Source: a bacterium
GTDB taxonomy: Bacteria > SZUA-182 > DTGQ01
Direction of reading: 5' to 3'
Assembly: GCA_040752695.1 (NCBI GenBank)
Contig: JBFMGO010000008.1
Location: 26,184-90,183, forward strand
DNA: 64,000 nt
Shown here: positions 50,601-60,718 of the stretch, piece by piece
Position numbering within the stretch: the first letter of the stretch is position 1
Layout of the letters: the number at the start of each line of letters is the position of its first letter
The notes under the pieces: model-generated
Database searches by the model: none
What the model saw: the letters and a program-made list of their open reading frames with translations, nothing else
What the model was told of the DNA's origin: nothing
Position numbers and translations under genes: made by a program

Positions 50601-51343
50601 TGATGCTTTCTTTGTACCGTACAATCACGCTCGTCAAAGGTGAAGATATTCCCGTAATGATCGGCCACAACCTGGATCTCGAGATGACGGATACTGGTCA
50701 AAAGCCGCTCCACATACAGACGGGGATTGCCGAACGTTGCCTGGGCAAGGGCCTGAGCCTTGCCGAAAGCCTTCTCCAGTTGATCCTCACTGTATACCTC
50801 GTAAATACCTCTGCCTCCACCGCCCCCTTCGGCCTTGAGCATGATCGGAAAACCAATCTCTCTGGCCACCTGCCTGGCCTCCTCCACACTCACCGCACCC
50901 TGCGATCCGGGCACGACCGGAATGCCCAGCTTCCGGGCCAGAGCCCTGACCTCAACCTTGTTCCCTAAAAGCCGCATGGCTTCTGTGCACGGGCCGATGA
51001 ACAGGATGCCTTCCTGCTCGCACTTCATGGGGAAGGAATCATCCTCGGACATGAATCCCCAGCCAGGGTGGATGGCGCAGATGCCCCGCGCTTTGGCCAT
51101 CGAAATGATCAGATCCATATCCAGATAAGCCCTGGTGTTCTCCCCCAGAAGGAGCAACTCCTGGGCTACGGAGGTAAAGGGCGCGGTTTTATCGACATCC
51201 GTAGCTGTCAAGATCGGGACTGCATTGAAAACCTCTCGGATAGACCGGACGATTCGCCGGGCCGGGATGCCCCGGTTGGCAACCAGTATTCTTTTTCCTT
51301 GTATACTTTCGAGCACCTGATCGAATGTTTTTCTTTTTTTCAT
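47642..51343 (-). CDS. pyc: Pyruvate carboxylase (single chain, Desulfobacterota-type)
   Basis: ANRG, HPGWGF, GGGGRG, RDCTVQR, EVNTRLQVEH; CT domain (DTTTRD, HYHRH, MPGG, VTPGS); biotin Lys in IMKQE. Confidence 0.93.
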   Translation of the reverse strand: MKKRKTFDQVLESIQGKRILVANRGIPARRIVRSIREVFNAVPILTATDVDKTAPFTSVAQELLLLGENTRAYLDMDLIISMAKARGICAIHPGWGFMSEDDSFPMKCEQEGILFIGPCTEAMRLLGNKVEVRALARKLGIPVVPGSQGAVSVEEARQVAREIGFPIMLKAEGGGGGRGIYEVYSEDQLEKAFGKAQALAQATFGNPRLYVERLLTSIRHLEIQVVADHYGNIFTFDERDCTVQRKHQKLIEITPSPWPGMIQTLRDRLKQYAESLIREVDYYSLATVEFLVDGEGNPYLIEVNTRLQVEHGITECRYGVDLVEEQIAIAFGAALRFNKKKTVAFNHAMQVRINCEDPQDNFAPNAGKITRYISPGGQGIRVDSCVSSGYEFPSEYDSAASLLIAYGKSWPKVLGIMDRALREYIVSGVKTTIPFHLQIIDHPAFRAGDFDTNFIAKTPSLLTYREHEPEHLRLSRLVAEISARGYNPFVQLGEYRGRHDKRLGIFSPVLPEKNFDHYRHPYPRKDRQALLDYIRDSKYVHFTDTTTRDITQSNSGNRFRLAEDMLIGPYLDHCGFFSLENGGGAHFHVAMMANMTYPFQEAREWNQFAPHTAKQILIRSTNVLGYKPQPGNLMRLTGEMICEHYDVIRCFDFLNHIENMRPFAEVALNSCCTIFEPAISLTWARGFDVPHYLGVLEKIVGLAAKVTGMSKEKATTVFILGLKDMAGICPPRFMKELVSAIRKRYPDLITHYHRHYTDGLFVPAVGAAVEAGTQIVDTGLGPAVRWYGQGDVLATASYIEGELGLATNLDKKMIQACGFILKQIMPYYDRYAAPFFQGIDHEVVLHGMPGGATSSSQEGAMKQNYIHLLPSMLRFLAGTRNIVRYHDVTPGSQITWNTAFLAVTSAFKRGGEPEVRHLLGVLDRAVNIPEGEVSSDLKKERLLLYRESNDAFRQLLLGQFGPLPLGFPPDWVYESAFGSAWKEAIANRTECSPLSSLEDIDIEAERKALAVHLSILKREPSAEELVMYLNHPGDALKTIQFQQQFGNPNLLPLDVWFEGLVPRQEMYFNDSNGKPHLMSIVDISAPGDQGMSLVRYLLDSELFTYPVKVTEAVKGKAGAVEMADKNNPCHVASPSNGDLWIMYVNAGDTVKKGEELFNITIMKQEKAVLSPMDGVVRRILKFANYKEDKKMVPVREGELIVELGPISLVCKGCSSPVTGEGFKFCPNCGKNLA

Positions 51344-51489
51344 GCTATCCTTTCCATTCTCCTGGTCCATTCTCCTGGATTTTTGAATCACGCCTTGTAT
51401 TTTCTGAATTTTTATTCTATTGTGCAATGATGCGCTATTGAGCTATGGTACGCTGTTCACGTGGTCAGGTTGTTCAGTTGTTTGGTTGT

Positions 51490-52443
51490 TCAAAGGGGGT
51501 AGATCCTTCCGGAGCGGATTACCCTCTCCCGGCCCGATGTCCATATCCGGAGGCCGCCGCTTTGATCCATACCCATGATCCGTGCATGATAGAGCCCGGA
51601 ACCACCCTTGTGGTAATCATCAATGGCAACCTCTTCACCCATAAATGCCATGTGAGGCTCGATACGGGAAATAAACCTCTGTGCCGGGCCGCAGGAGACG
51701 ATTTCGTGATAGCAGGACTTGCCTGCATCCACCAGCCTGGTCCAAAGAGCCAGAGGCTTTGCCGAAAAGCCGGCTGCCGCCTTCAGTGATGCCGGGGGGA
51801 GCGCAAGAGGATCACCGAGCTGAAATTTTTCCGGGCTTGAAACCAGGTTGATGCCCACACCGGCAATAAACATATCGCCCTTCGCTTCAATCAGGATGCC
51901 GCCGACTTTTTTCCCTCGTATCACCAGATCATTCGGCCACTTAAGCTGCACATCGATCCCAGCAATCTCAAGGCCCTTAATAATCATATACCCTGTCACC
52001 AGGGAGAGCATTTCAACCCATGGTCTCGGAGGATTGGGCAGACGCCAGGATGCATAGATATTTCCCGGCGGAGATTGCCAGGTGCGGCCAAACTGCCCCC
52101 TCCCTGCCCATTGGCTCAAGGCCAGGACTGAAGCCCAATCCGGAAAAAAGCCCGCCCGGTGAAAATACCAGGCCAGATCGAGGCTGGACGAACAGGCACC
52201 GCTGAGGATCAGGGGAGCGCACACCCCTTGTTTTGCCGATATCCAGCACTTGCTTTGTGGCCCCTCGCAGACGAGAGAGAACTCAAACCATGGTGACAGT
52301 TCCGAAATATCAAATGCCTCATTTAATGAAATATCAAATGCCTCATTTGATATTGACGAAACCGGTTTTTGCAGCAGACCGGGACTGGTTTCTTCGGCTA
52401 TACCGCCAAGGCCAGTTCCCCAGAGGAATATACCCGACATCAC
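51490..52443 (-). CDS. birA: Biotin--protein ligase
   Basis: QWAGRGQFGRTW.SP, LKWPND, KKVGGIL.E, GVGIN; upstream of pyc. Start uncertain. Confidence 0.9.
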   Translation of the reverse strand: MMSGIFLWGTGLGGIAEETSPGLLQKPVSSISNEAFDISLNEAFDISELSPWFEFSLVCEGPQSKCWISAKQGVCAPLILSGACSSSLDLAWYFHRAGFFPDWASVLALSQWAGRGQFGRTWQSPPGNIYASWRLPNPPRPWVEMLSLVTGYMIIKGLEIAGIDVQLKWPNDLVIRGKKVGGILIEAKGDMFIAGVGINLVSSPEKFQLGDPLALPPASLKAAAGFSAKPLALWTRLVDAGKSCYHEIVSCGPAQRFISRIEPHMAFMGEEVAIDDYHKGGSGLYHARIMGMDQSGGLRIWTSGRERVIRSGRIYPL

Positions 52444-52692
52444 TAAGAAGCCATTATCATCTTTACTTTACCATTTTAATTTCTATGGCTGATCAATGTG
52501 TGCAGTCTTTTTTCATGCCATGAAAAAGTATAATCCATTTTCCCTAAAAAAAGCCAGTACTATTTTGGCAGGGAAGCACCAAAATAGTACCTTTCGTATG
52601 GAGGGGAAAAAGTCAGTTCCTAATTTTTAAGGAGATGCTCAGAAGGGGGGCAGCAGGCAGGTCTGAAATGCCGGCACTTTGGCCTGCAAGAG

Positions 52693-53250
52693 TTAAAACT
52701 CTTCAAACACCTTTTTCAGATTCACTTTCAGGCCGGGAAAAAGAGGGGATGTCAATTCCCCTTCCTCTTCCTGAACGACTTTGAACAGGGTCAGTCCGGT
52801 TTTATCCTTTCGAAAGACCTCGATTTGATTGATGGCCGGATCAATCACCCAATATTCCTCCACTCCAAACTTGCCATAGGTCTTCATTTTTATAAGCCGG
52901 TCCAGTTTCCGTGAAGATTCCGACATAATTTCGATGAGCAAATCCGGAGCGCCCTGAATATTCTGAGTCGTAATAATTCCATAATTTTTTTTGGAAATAA
53001 ACAGGATATCAGGTTGGACAATATTTTCGTAGGATAAGATCACATCCATCGGGGCATTATATATCTTTCCCAGATCATGTTTTTCAACGTATTGGTTAAG
53101 GATGAATCCAAGATTTCTGGAAATACTCTGGTGCCGGACATTCGGAGATGGGGCCATGTAGTGCTCTCCCTCAATAATTTCATGCCGCTTCCCATCTTCA
53201 GGGAACAAAAGATAATCATCATAATTCAATCTTAAGCTCTTGGGTAACAT
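52693..53250 (-). CDS. Uma2 (DUF820) family endonuclease
   Basis: RHEIIEG..PSP..HQ, QPDI, APDLLIEI.S, K..Y...GV.EYWVIDP. Confidence 0.93.
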   Translation of the reverse strand: MLPKSLRLNYDDYLLFPEDGKRHEIIEGEHYMAPSPNVRHQSISRNLGFILNQYVEKHDLGKIYNAPMDVILSYENIVQPDILFISKKNYGIITTQNIQGAPDLLIEIMSESSRKLDRLIKMKTYGKFGVEEYWVIDPAINQIEVFRKDKTGLTLFKVVQEEEGELTSPLFPGLKVNLKKVFEEF

Positions 53251-53419
53251 TTGGTGCTCTGCCTCTTTTGCATTACCGGCTGTTATCTTATCTGGCTTGC
53301 TGGTGTATTACAACACCCGTATTACGTCTTCATAAGCCTTGAAAACTACCCAATTTATTATATGACCATGAGTGATCCTCTGTCAATTTTTTAAGGGTAT
53401 TTTGGCAGGGCTAACGCAT

Positions 53420-53878
53420 CTAAACCAATTTGATTACCCTTGGCTTTACGAGGTCAGTAAAATCCTTAGAGGCCATTTTAATCAGTTCTGAATGGGTGCC
53501 TGCATTAAAGGCAATTTCTTCGTCCCTGGTTAAAGTTTCCGATACAATCACCTCAAGTCCATAAAGATTGCCAAAAGGCGGCATGGCTCCGATCTCCGAT
53601 TCCGGAAACCTGTCTTTAAATTCCTCCTCACTTGCAAGCTCAGCCTTCTTGGCTCCTACGAGGCATGCGAGAAGGTCGAAATTGATCTGGGCACATGCGG
53701 GCAGAACTACCAAAGCCATCTTATCATCAATTCTCACTACTACCGTCTTTGCCACCTCCCTGCCGGGAATGTGAGCAGATGCTGCAATCTCCTGAGCAGT
53801 ATAAGCAGGCGAATGACTAATAGTTACATACTTAACGTCATTGCTATCTAAAAAATCTTTTAATTTCCTCATCGGCAT
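53420..53878 (-). CDS. YbaK/ProX aminoacyl-tRNA deacylase family
   Basis: AKTVVV, GAMPPFG, FNAGTH. Confidence 0.92.
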   Translation of the reverse strand: MPMRKLKDFLDSNDVKYVTISHSPAYTAQEIAASAHIPGREVAKTVVVRIDDKMALVVLPACAQINFDLLACLVGAKKAELASEEEFKDRFPESEIGAMPPFGNLYGLEVIVSETLTRDEEIAFNAGTHSELIKMASKDFTDLVKPRVIKLV

Positions 53879-54389
53879 AACTATTTCCTTATAGTAAGGC
53901 AGATCAGTTCATCTTCCGTTCTTACATATCTGATACCGGAAAGAACTCTCTACCGTGAACTGCTGGATTTGTCCCTTTATCTCCTCTCAGAATGTATGAT
54001 CGGACAGTCTCTCCCTCTTTGGCTACCTGAATCCAAAGGCAAAAGCAGTAATCGATGTGAAGGGAAATGGTAGAGAATCATCACCCCGAATACAGAAGAG
54101 AAAAAAGGAGGACAGGTCGGTTTTTCCTATCGAGCGGCTATTTTACCTGCCACTGATGTCATATCATGGAGGGGGAATCCTTTACCGGTCCGGAAATCGT
54201 CCGGATTCCCAATGAGTATTTTATACCGATCAAGATTGACCGGATGGAGGCGGTACAGTTTTATAGCGGTTTGCAGTCGCATGCACTACATATCATACGC
54301 TATCATTGCCGGTTTAGCTGCAACGAATGTAGTCCAGTCAAGCGAAAACTGCTCTGGAAGCCGTTTTATTCTTTCATTTCGAAAATGGA

Positions 54390-54791
54390 TTAGATATAGT
54401 CCTCTAAGAATTTAAAATAATCTGCAAGCTCTTCTTCAAGAGTTTCCCTGGATATCACATTCATTTCAACCAGTAATTCTCCAAGAAGAGGACGAGATTT
54501 TTGTTGTATTGCAAGTAGGTAATCTACATCTTTCTTGTTCAGGTAGCCAAGTTCAATTGCCATTTCTCCAAACATCCTGGAACTCTTCCCCTGCTCATTG
54601 AGAATTGTAAAGACCTGCTTTATAGAAAGGAGTCTTTCCTGAAGAGCTATTTTGCCAATAGGTATGGTTCGTTTTCTTTGTAAGTCCAGAGCTCTAATGA
54701 TATCTTCTTCACAGGCAATGTGTTTACTCACCAAAAACTGGCCAAATTTTAATACCGGTTCTTGATGATCCGTATTCTGTTTTTCAGCCAT
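54390..54791 (-). CDS. Hypothetical protein with MshEN/GspE-N-like repeats
   Basis: Four repeats: KFGQFLV, PIGKIAL, MFGEMAI..G, LLGELLV. Confidence 0.65.
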   Translation of the reverse strand: MAEKQNTDHQEPVLKFGQFLVSKHIACEEDIIRALDLQRKRTIPIGKIALQERLLSIKQVFTILNEQGKSSRMFGEMAIELGYLNKKDVDYLLAIQQKSRPLLGELLVEMNVISRETLEEELADYFKFLEDYI

Positions 54792-55042
54792 AATTTGAAC
54801 TCCTTTTTTAACTTATCGGATACAGAAAAGCCTGCCTTCGAAAAAAGACGATTGGAAAATTTCCTCGATGCGAATCTGCTCTTGGCTGAGAAGCAGCGGT
54901 GAATCCGGGGGATAGGGATAGAGATAAGATACTGAAATTGCTGCCATTCTTCTCGGATAAGGCCGCTAGAGGGGGGCACTCGTATAATCCGAAGTCTCCC
55001 CCCTTTTTACGTATTATTCAGTGTATCTGCCTCGTGTTGCCA

Positions 55043-56329
55043 TTAATGCTTAAAGGCCCTCTGGCCCGTATAGACCATCGTAACCTGAGGGGTGGCCTCA
55101 TTGCAGGCCTGGATGGATTCAAAGTCCTTCAGGGAGCCGCCGGGCTGAACAATGCCGGAGATTCCCTCTTTGATGGCTACATCCACGCCGTCACGGAAAG
55201 GGAAGAAAGCATCGGAAACCATCACCGACCCGATCAGGTTTCCTTTGTCTTCCCGCACCTTGTGATCGATCTCTTCCTTTTCGCCGACCGGACGCCGATC
55301 CTGTGCAATTTCCATCTCAAGTGTCTTGTAGGGAATGCCATATCTTTGAAAACACAAAGCATCGGCATACTTAGTGTAAGCCTTGAAAATGGCGATTTCA
55401 GCCACACCCACCCGGTCCTGCTCGCCGGTGCCGATTCCTACGGTCACGCCATTCTTGACATAAATGACCGAGTTGGAGGTAATCCCCTGCTCCACACCCC
55501 AGCCAAAGAGCATATCATCGTATTCCCGGTCAACGGGCTTGCGCTCGATTGAATACTCTTTACCCTGATATCTGGCTGTAGCCAGCTTCAAATCGTCCCT
55601 GGTATAAATGGCATTGAGCGGAGACTGCTGGACAATGATGCCACCATCGATCAGGCTCTTGAAATCAACAAATCGCAGGTTCCGGTATTTTTCCAGTTTA
55701 TCTATCCGGTCGAGGCGGACAATGCGCAAATTCTTCCACTGCCTTAAAACCTCTATACTGCCCTCTTCATATTCGGGTGCCACTACTACCTCAAGATAGT
55801 TCCTGCCGATCTGCTCGGCCAAAGCCTTGTCGATCGGCCGGTTGAAGGCAGCGCAGCCGCCGAAGGCTGCAATCCGGTCAGCCATGTTGGCCCTGGCATA
55901 GGCTGCGGCGATCGTTTCACCATAGGCCGCGCCGCAGGGGTTATTATGCTTCATGATGCATACGGCAGGCTTTTGGTTGATATAGCGCAGGATATTCAGG
56001 GCATTGTCGAGGTCGGTAAGGTTGGTTTTGCCCGGATGTTTGCCGAACTGCAAAAGGTCCTCCTCACTCAGCGAACTGACCAGCCCGTTATGGGGATCGA
56101 TGAATTTACACTCTCCAAGCACCAGATTTCCATTGACCAATTCATATAAGGCCGCCTCCTGGCCGGGGTTTTCACCATAACGCAGTCCTTTTTCGATCAA
56201 TTCACCATCATCGGGAATCTTCCAGGTTCTTTTTTCGTATACCAGCGTCTGGTCACCAAAGGTAATGGTCATCTCTTCCGGAAAGTGATCATCCATGATT
56301 GTTTTATAGGCTTGCCGGTAATCCGCCAT
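55043..56329 (-). CDS. purH: PurH-family AICAR transformylase (short form without the N-terminal MGS domain)
   Basis: LRYGENP.Q.A, KHNNPCG, AFGG, TSNSV, GIGTGEQDRV, SDAFFPFRDG, QPGGS. Confidence 0.9.
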   Translation of the reverse strand: MADYRQAYKTIMDDHFPEEMTITFGDQTLVYEKRTWKIPDDGELIEKGLRYGENPGQEAALYELVNGNLVLGECKFIDPHNGLVSSLSEEDLLQFGKHPGKTNLTDLDNALNILRYINQKPAVCIMKHNNPCGAAYGETIAAAYARANMADRIAAFGGCAAFNRPIDKALAEQIGRNYLEVVVAPEYEEGSIEVLRQWKNLRIVRLDRIDKLEKYRNLRFVDFKSLIDGGIIVQQSPLNAIYTRDDLKLATARYQGKEYSIERKPVDREYDDMLFGWGVEQGITSNSVIYVKNGVTVGIGTGEQDRVGVAEIAIFKAYTKYADALCFQRYGIPYKTLEMEIAQDRRPVGEKEEIDHKVREDKGNLIGSVMVSDAFFPFRDGVDVAIKEGISGIVQPGGSLKDFESIQACNEATPQVTMVYTGQRAFKH

Positions 56330-56590
56330 AATCTGTACCTCCTTAAGGTTTAATGGGCAATAGAAAGGTTTTATCACACATAGCATAAAACCGAAATTCC
56401 CGTCAAGGAAAAGAAACAAAGGGAAAGTCTCTCAACCGATAATCATTACACATACGGCACACAACAACACACGCACACGATACAAAAGCGGCATCCGGTT
56501 CGCACCATACATCCGGTTCATTCCCTGCAAGCCGGCACCCTGCAGCCAATTCATACCGCCGATACATAACTCTACAGCCAGTATACAACT

Positions 56591-58063
56591 CTACAGCCGG
56601 TATACAAGGGATAGATAATCCTGCCAGCAGTTGCCGTCTCCCGTATGGTCGTTTTCCACCGTGTACTGAATATATCCGTACAGGGAGATTTGCCGGTTGA
56701 TGCGGGCTTGAAAGTTCAGGTTGTATTCGTTGGAGTCAGGAGGCGAAATGATGGTTGATTCTTTCTCTACGAATTCGAAGGTATAATTGGAGTAGTTAAG
56801 GCCCACGGTAAGTCGCTCGTTTATTTCACCATTCACCTCTACAGAGAGCATGTTCCGGACGGTTTGGGATTCCATGGTTCTGGTAAGGCGTATCCCTCCT
56901 CCTGCTCTGTCCCCCAAAAGACCGTCAATGAAATAGCTGCCCCCATAGCGGGGTAAAAGGTCTCCATCCACCTTCTTCTGGACTATCGAAGCATAGCCTG
57001 CGATCCTCTGCCTCTGGCTCAGCCTGAGACTGGCCCGAAGGCCCAGGTTCTGATACCAATAGAACGGCTCAAGATCCCCGGTGGAGGGTGTCTGCCCGGA
57101 TTTGATATTTTCAAGAATCATCCGATGGTAATCATACCCCTGACCGTAGTAATAGGAGCCGGTCATGGAAATGGATTGGGTTACATCGAGACGGGTATTG
57201 ATGAAAAACCGGGTCAGGTGGCTTTTTCCCACCAGCGGCCCAAGTTCGTATTCTATATGCTGATAGCTGTACACTCGCTTCCAGAGTGGCAAAAAGGCCT
57301 GTCCGTAAAGAAAGGTCCTCTCGGTAAGCCCCTGAAACCGGATCTGGTTGCAGGAAAAAAGAGCCCTTAGTCCGCCCGGCCTCTGGCAGTTAAGAAATAG
57401 TCCTGCCTTTTGGTAATGGGAGTCCGTTTTTATCTCAGCCAGATTCGGCTCACATCCAAGATAAAGGCCGGCGAGAAAATTTTTGGAAAAGCACCAGCCT
57501 GCTGCACCGCCGTCCAGTTCGCCGACACCGGAAAGATCGTAGAGATTGAACCGCCCGACCTTCAGATAGATACCCTGCCCATCACGTTCCTGCCTCCGGC
57601 CCTGACTCACCTTCTGTCCATCGCGCTCCTGCCCACTTCGCCCCTGCCCGCCATGGCCATGATCAGGTGACCGGTAGAACACGGCCAATTCATAGAGTGA
57701 TTTCAAACTGCTCCTCCACTGGCTGTTATAATGCCGGTACCGGAAATCCGTTTCCATACCCAGTCCTTCGGCCAAAAATGAAGTTGACTTAAGATCACAC
57801 CTCATACCGGCGTGCCAATTGCTGCCCCCGATACCCGTGTAGGTGTACTGAGAAAAATCCGCCCTCAGATGGCCGCGGAATCGTACCGCCGGTTTATCCC
57901 TGTCCGCAGCGGCTGCTGCCGCCTCCCCCCCCTCCTCAGCGGCCAGGCAGGGAGACGGTGCCTCCCCAATGGGGACGATAAGAACCAAAAGGACCGCTAT
58001 GGTCACTATAATCAAAAGGAATGACGGTATCGAAGGGCCGGACTGCGTTGAGACTCTGCCCAT
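56591..58063 (-). CDS. Probable outer-membrane beta-barrel (porin partner of the cytochrome)
   Basis: Signal peptide, many amphipathic strands, C-terminal YLSLVYRL; starts 6 bp after the cytochrome stop. Confidence 0.7.
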   Translation of the reverse strand: MGRVSTQSGPSIPSFLLIIVTIAVLLVLIVPIGEAPSPCLAAEEGGEAAAAAADRDKPAVRFRGHLRADFSQYTYTGIGGSNWHAGMRCDLKSTSFLAEGLGMETDFRYRHYNSQWRSSLKSLYELAVFYRSPDHGHGGQGRSGQERDGQKVSQGRRQERDGQGIYLKVGRFNLYDLSGVGELDGGAAGWCFSKNFLAGLYLGCEPNLAEIKTDSHYQKAGLFLNCQRPGGLRALFSCNQIRFQGLTERTFLYGQAFLPLWKRVYSYQHIEYELGPLVGKSHLTRFFINTRLDVTQSISMTGSYYYGQGYDYHRMILENIKSGQTPSTGDLEPFYWYQNLGLRASLRLSQRQRIAGYASIVQKKVDGDLLPRYGGSYFIDGLLGDRAGGGIRLTRTMESQTVRNMLSVEVNGEINERLTVGLNYSNYTFEFVEKESTIISPPDSNEYNLNFQARINRQISLYGYIQYTVENDHTGDGNCWQDYLSLVYRL

Positions 58064-58069
58064 TTTGTG

Positions 58070-59425
58070 TCACCTCTGACCTTGAGGATGGCATCCATAG
58101 CAGGATTCGCTGGCATAGTTGTATCCGGCAATTCCCCGATGAATGAAATTCGTATTCTGGCGCAGGTGGCAGTCGGTACAGACAAAGACAGCATAATTGG
58201 CTGGCTCCTTGTGGCATTCTGTACAGGCGATGCCTGCATGGTTAGAGGTCAGAGGCAGGGGATGATCGAAGATTACCTGCTCCCAGGATGTGTGGCTGTC
58301 CTGATGGCACTGGTCACAGCCTGTGGGGTAGCCTGCTGCCTGGTGATCCGGGTCTGTTGTACCTGCATAATCAGCTTGATGGCAGCTCAGGCAGTCTGTG
58401 CTTTTGCCGGCATAGACGCCGTCCCCGTGGCATTCAGAGCAATCGAGAGTTTTGTGCATCCCTCGAAGCGGCCACCAGGTGTGGTTTTTCCCGCCGCTTT
58501 CCCAGGACGGGTCTTTAGGATCATGGCATACGGTACAGTCGAGAGAAAAGCCATTTTGTGCATGATTGGGGCTGGCAGTGCTGGCATAATCTTTCTGGTG
58601 GCAGGATTGGCACTCATCGCTGAGGCCTTGGAAAATGGCCTTTTTATGGCAATCCCGACAGGCTGCACCGTGATGATTCCCCTCGGAAATAAGCCCCGAC
58701 GGATGGTCCCGGTAGGAGGCAGGCGGGGAAAATGAATACATGGTGTGGCACAGGAGGCAGTCGTAGGGGAGCCCCGCTGCGGCATGGTCGAGCCCTGCGC
58801 CTCCGTGAAATTCCCGTTTATGGCAACTGTAACAAAAAGACTGGACTCCCTCGAATGTATAGTCAGGGTGGCAATCCAGACAATGAAGGTTCCGGTGGGC
58901 TGCCCGCAAAGTGAAACCGGAGTGCTGATGCTTGACCGGCTGCCAGCCATTGGGAGTGTGGCACTCCTGACAATCCCCGCCCAGCTTCAGGCCGTGCGGA
59001 GCGTCCTGCCTCCTTTCCATGTGACAGTGAACACACTCTCTGGGATTCCCCTTAAACTGGCCGTTCGGGTGGCACTCACGACAGGAGAGAGTCTTATGGA
59101 CACCGACCCGAAAAAAATCGTTCAAAAGATGACGGTAATTTTTGATCTGCGAGAAAGACTCTATGGTGTGACAGGTTGTGCAGGTTACTCCTTTCGGGAG
59201 ATCGTGCCGGTAGTCATGACAAGAGCCGCACCCCCCTCTCCTGCGGCGACCTTGAGCTTTCGGATGGCAGCTCACGCAGCCATTTGCCCGGTGATCTTTA
59301 TTGAGCAAATAGCCTTCCCTGCGATGGATAAAGGTTTCCTTTCGGTCGGATGCTGATATCCGTTCACCAGACTGGATGGAGAAAATCAATAAAAGACTCA
59401 GCACGATAACCCAGAGTCGAGGCAT
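58070..59425 (-). CDS. Periplasmic multiheme cytochrome c with 18 CxxCH motifs
   Basis: Signal peptide; 18 CxxCH counted, arranged as about six triheme repeats with extra His residues. Confidence 0.95.
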   Translation of the reverse strand: MPRLWVIVLSLLLIFSIQSGERISASDRKETFIHRREGYLLNKDHRANGCVSCHPKAQGRRRRGGCGSCHDYRHDLPKGVTCTTCHTIESFSQIKNYRHLLNDFFRVGVHKTLSCRECHPNGQFKGNPRECVHCHMERRQDAPHGLKLGGDCQECHTPNGWQPVKHQHSGFTLRAAHRNLHCLDCHPDYTFEGVQSFCYSCHKREFHGGAGLDHAAAGLPYDCLLCHTMYSFSPPASYRDHPSGLISEGNHHGAACRDCHKKAIFQGLSDECQSCHQKDYASTASPNHAQNGFSLDCTVCHDPKDPSWESGGKNHTWWPLRGMHKTLDCSECHGDGVYAGKSTDCLSCHQADYAGTTDPDHQAAGYPTGCDQCHQDSHTSWEQVIFDHPLPLTSNHAGIACTECHKEPANYAVFVCTDCHLRQNTNFIHRGIAGYNYASESCYGCHPQGQR

Positions 59426-59639
59426 ATGCAGCCGATGCTCCTTTACCAGAATCCCAATAGGTACACCGCTTGCCGAGTCCCTGATAGTTTTTATCAGGGA
59501 CTTTACCAGGGAGTAAGGTCAATTTTGAGAAAAATCTACCTCCTTTCTTCTTTTCGATCATCTTATATTTCCCCTTCCCTGCTTTCTTTTTTTTTCTTCC
59601 ATCATCAGATCACTTTCATCTTCAAAAACCTGCATAGCG

Positions 59640-60718
59640 ATTTGTACCATCCCTGCTTTTTTTTATCGATCCACTGTTTGATACGTTCTGCATTTTGATC
59701 GCCTGTCAACTTCTTTACCCCTTCTACGAAGTGACGAAGCCTTTGACCGACTTCAAACACAGGAATCAGGGCCAGCTTCGGGACTTGAGAGAATATCCTA
59801 TAAAATTGTCCCGCTAGGAATTGCCTGGTATGGGTAGCAGTTTGCTGGAGCTTACTTGGGACCTTTTTGGTAGCATGCATAAGGCAATTTCCCAGTTTGA
59901 TTTTTGGAAAAATAGTCAGCAGGCTCTTTCGAGTGCTCTCAAAACCGTCTGTAAGAGCAGCTTTGGATTCATAGCCAGGGGCAATCTCTTCGGCTTGCTG
60001 CTTAAAAATGCCATAGGAACGGGCAAAATCACTGGCATTCTTGGTCTGGGTATAGCCCATATGCCAGATAACCCGCCCCACCACTATGGTTGGAAGATAT
60101 ACCTTACTGGTCAGGCAATAGCTGTGTTTTTCGTCTGCCACAAAGTAAGCAGGTAGTTTTATCCCACACTTGGCTAAAGGAAGCACTATCCCCCCTTTGC
60201 CCAAGGCACAGACTAAGCGGAAGATGCACATGACAGACACCGCAAAGAGCAGATGGCAATTCTCCAAACTCAATCCTCCATGTGTTGCCAGTAAGGCTTT
60301 CTTTGCCACCTCCGGTGGTAGGCTTGAATAGCGAAGCACAAAGTGAGGAAGCACAGTAAAGACCGCTCCACACTCCATGCACTGAACCCGCCTTATCACC
60401 ACGTTGTTTAGCCGTACCCGATGATAATGAGAATGCCTTGCCAATCCCTTCTCCTCACAGCATCCTTGTTTATGACGCAGATGCAATCCCGCAAATACAA
60501 TAAAGGTAACAATACATTCGATAAACTTCTTTCCATCCTGGCACACATGCTCATACAGGCTCTCTGTTTGAAAATCAACTACATATGGTACGGTTCTGAT
60601 TCCTCCTCCGCTTCTTTTCTCCCATGACCATGTCCCCCCTTTACTAATTCCTTCGATGGAGGATAGCTCATGCCTCAATCTAACGCCAGAAAAAAAACTT
60701 ACCACAAAATCCGGGGGA
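59640..60718 (-). pseudogene. Truncated and frameshifted DDE transposase (IS relic)
   Basis: QCMECGAVFTVLP zinc ribbon, ADEK and TDG acidic motifs, NCLMH. The RBS-preceded ATG at 60631 (MVMGEKKRRRNQNRTIC) is out of frame with the body, and the ORF appears to break after GWYK. Confidence 0.65.

Noticed and set aside
48593..50968. 386-aa and 316-aa plus-strand ORFs
   Set aside because: Antisense shadows of pyruvate carboxylase.
52693..53250. Uma2 endonuclease as a defence or restriction system
   Set aside because: Solitary member of a commonly expanded family, with no methylase or partner gene.
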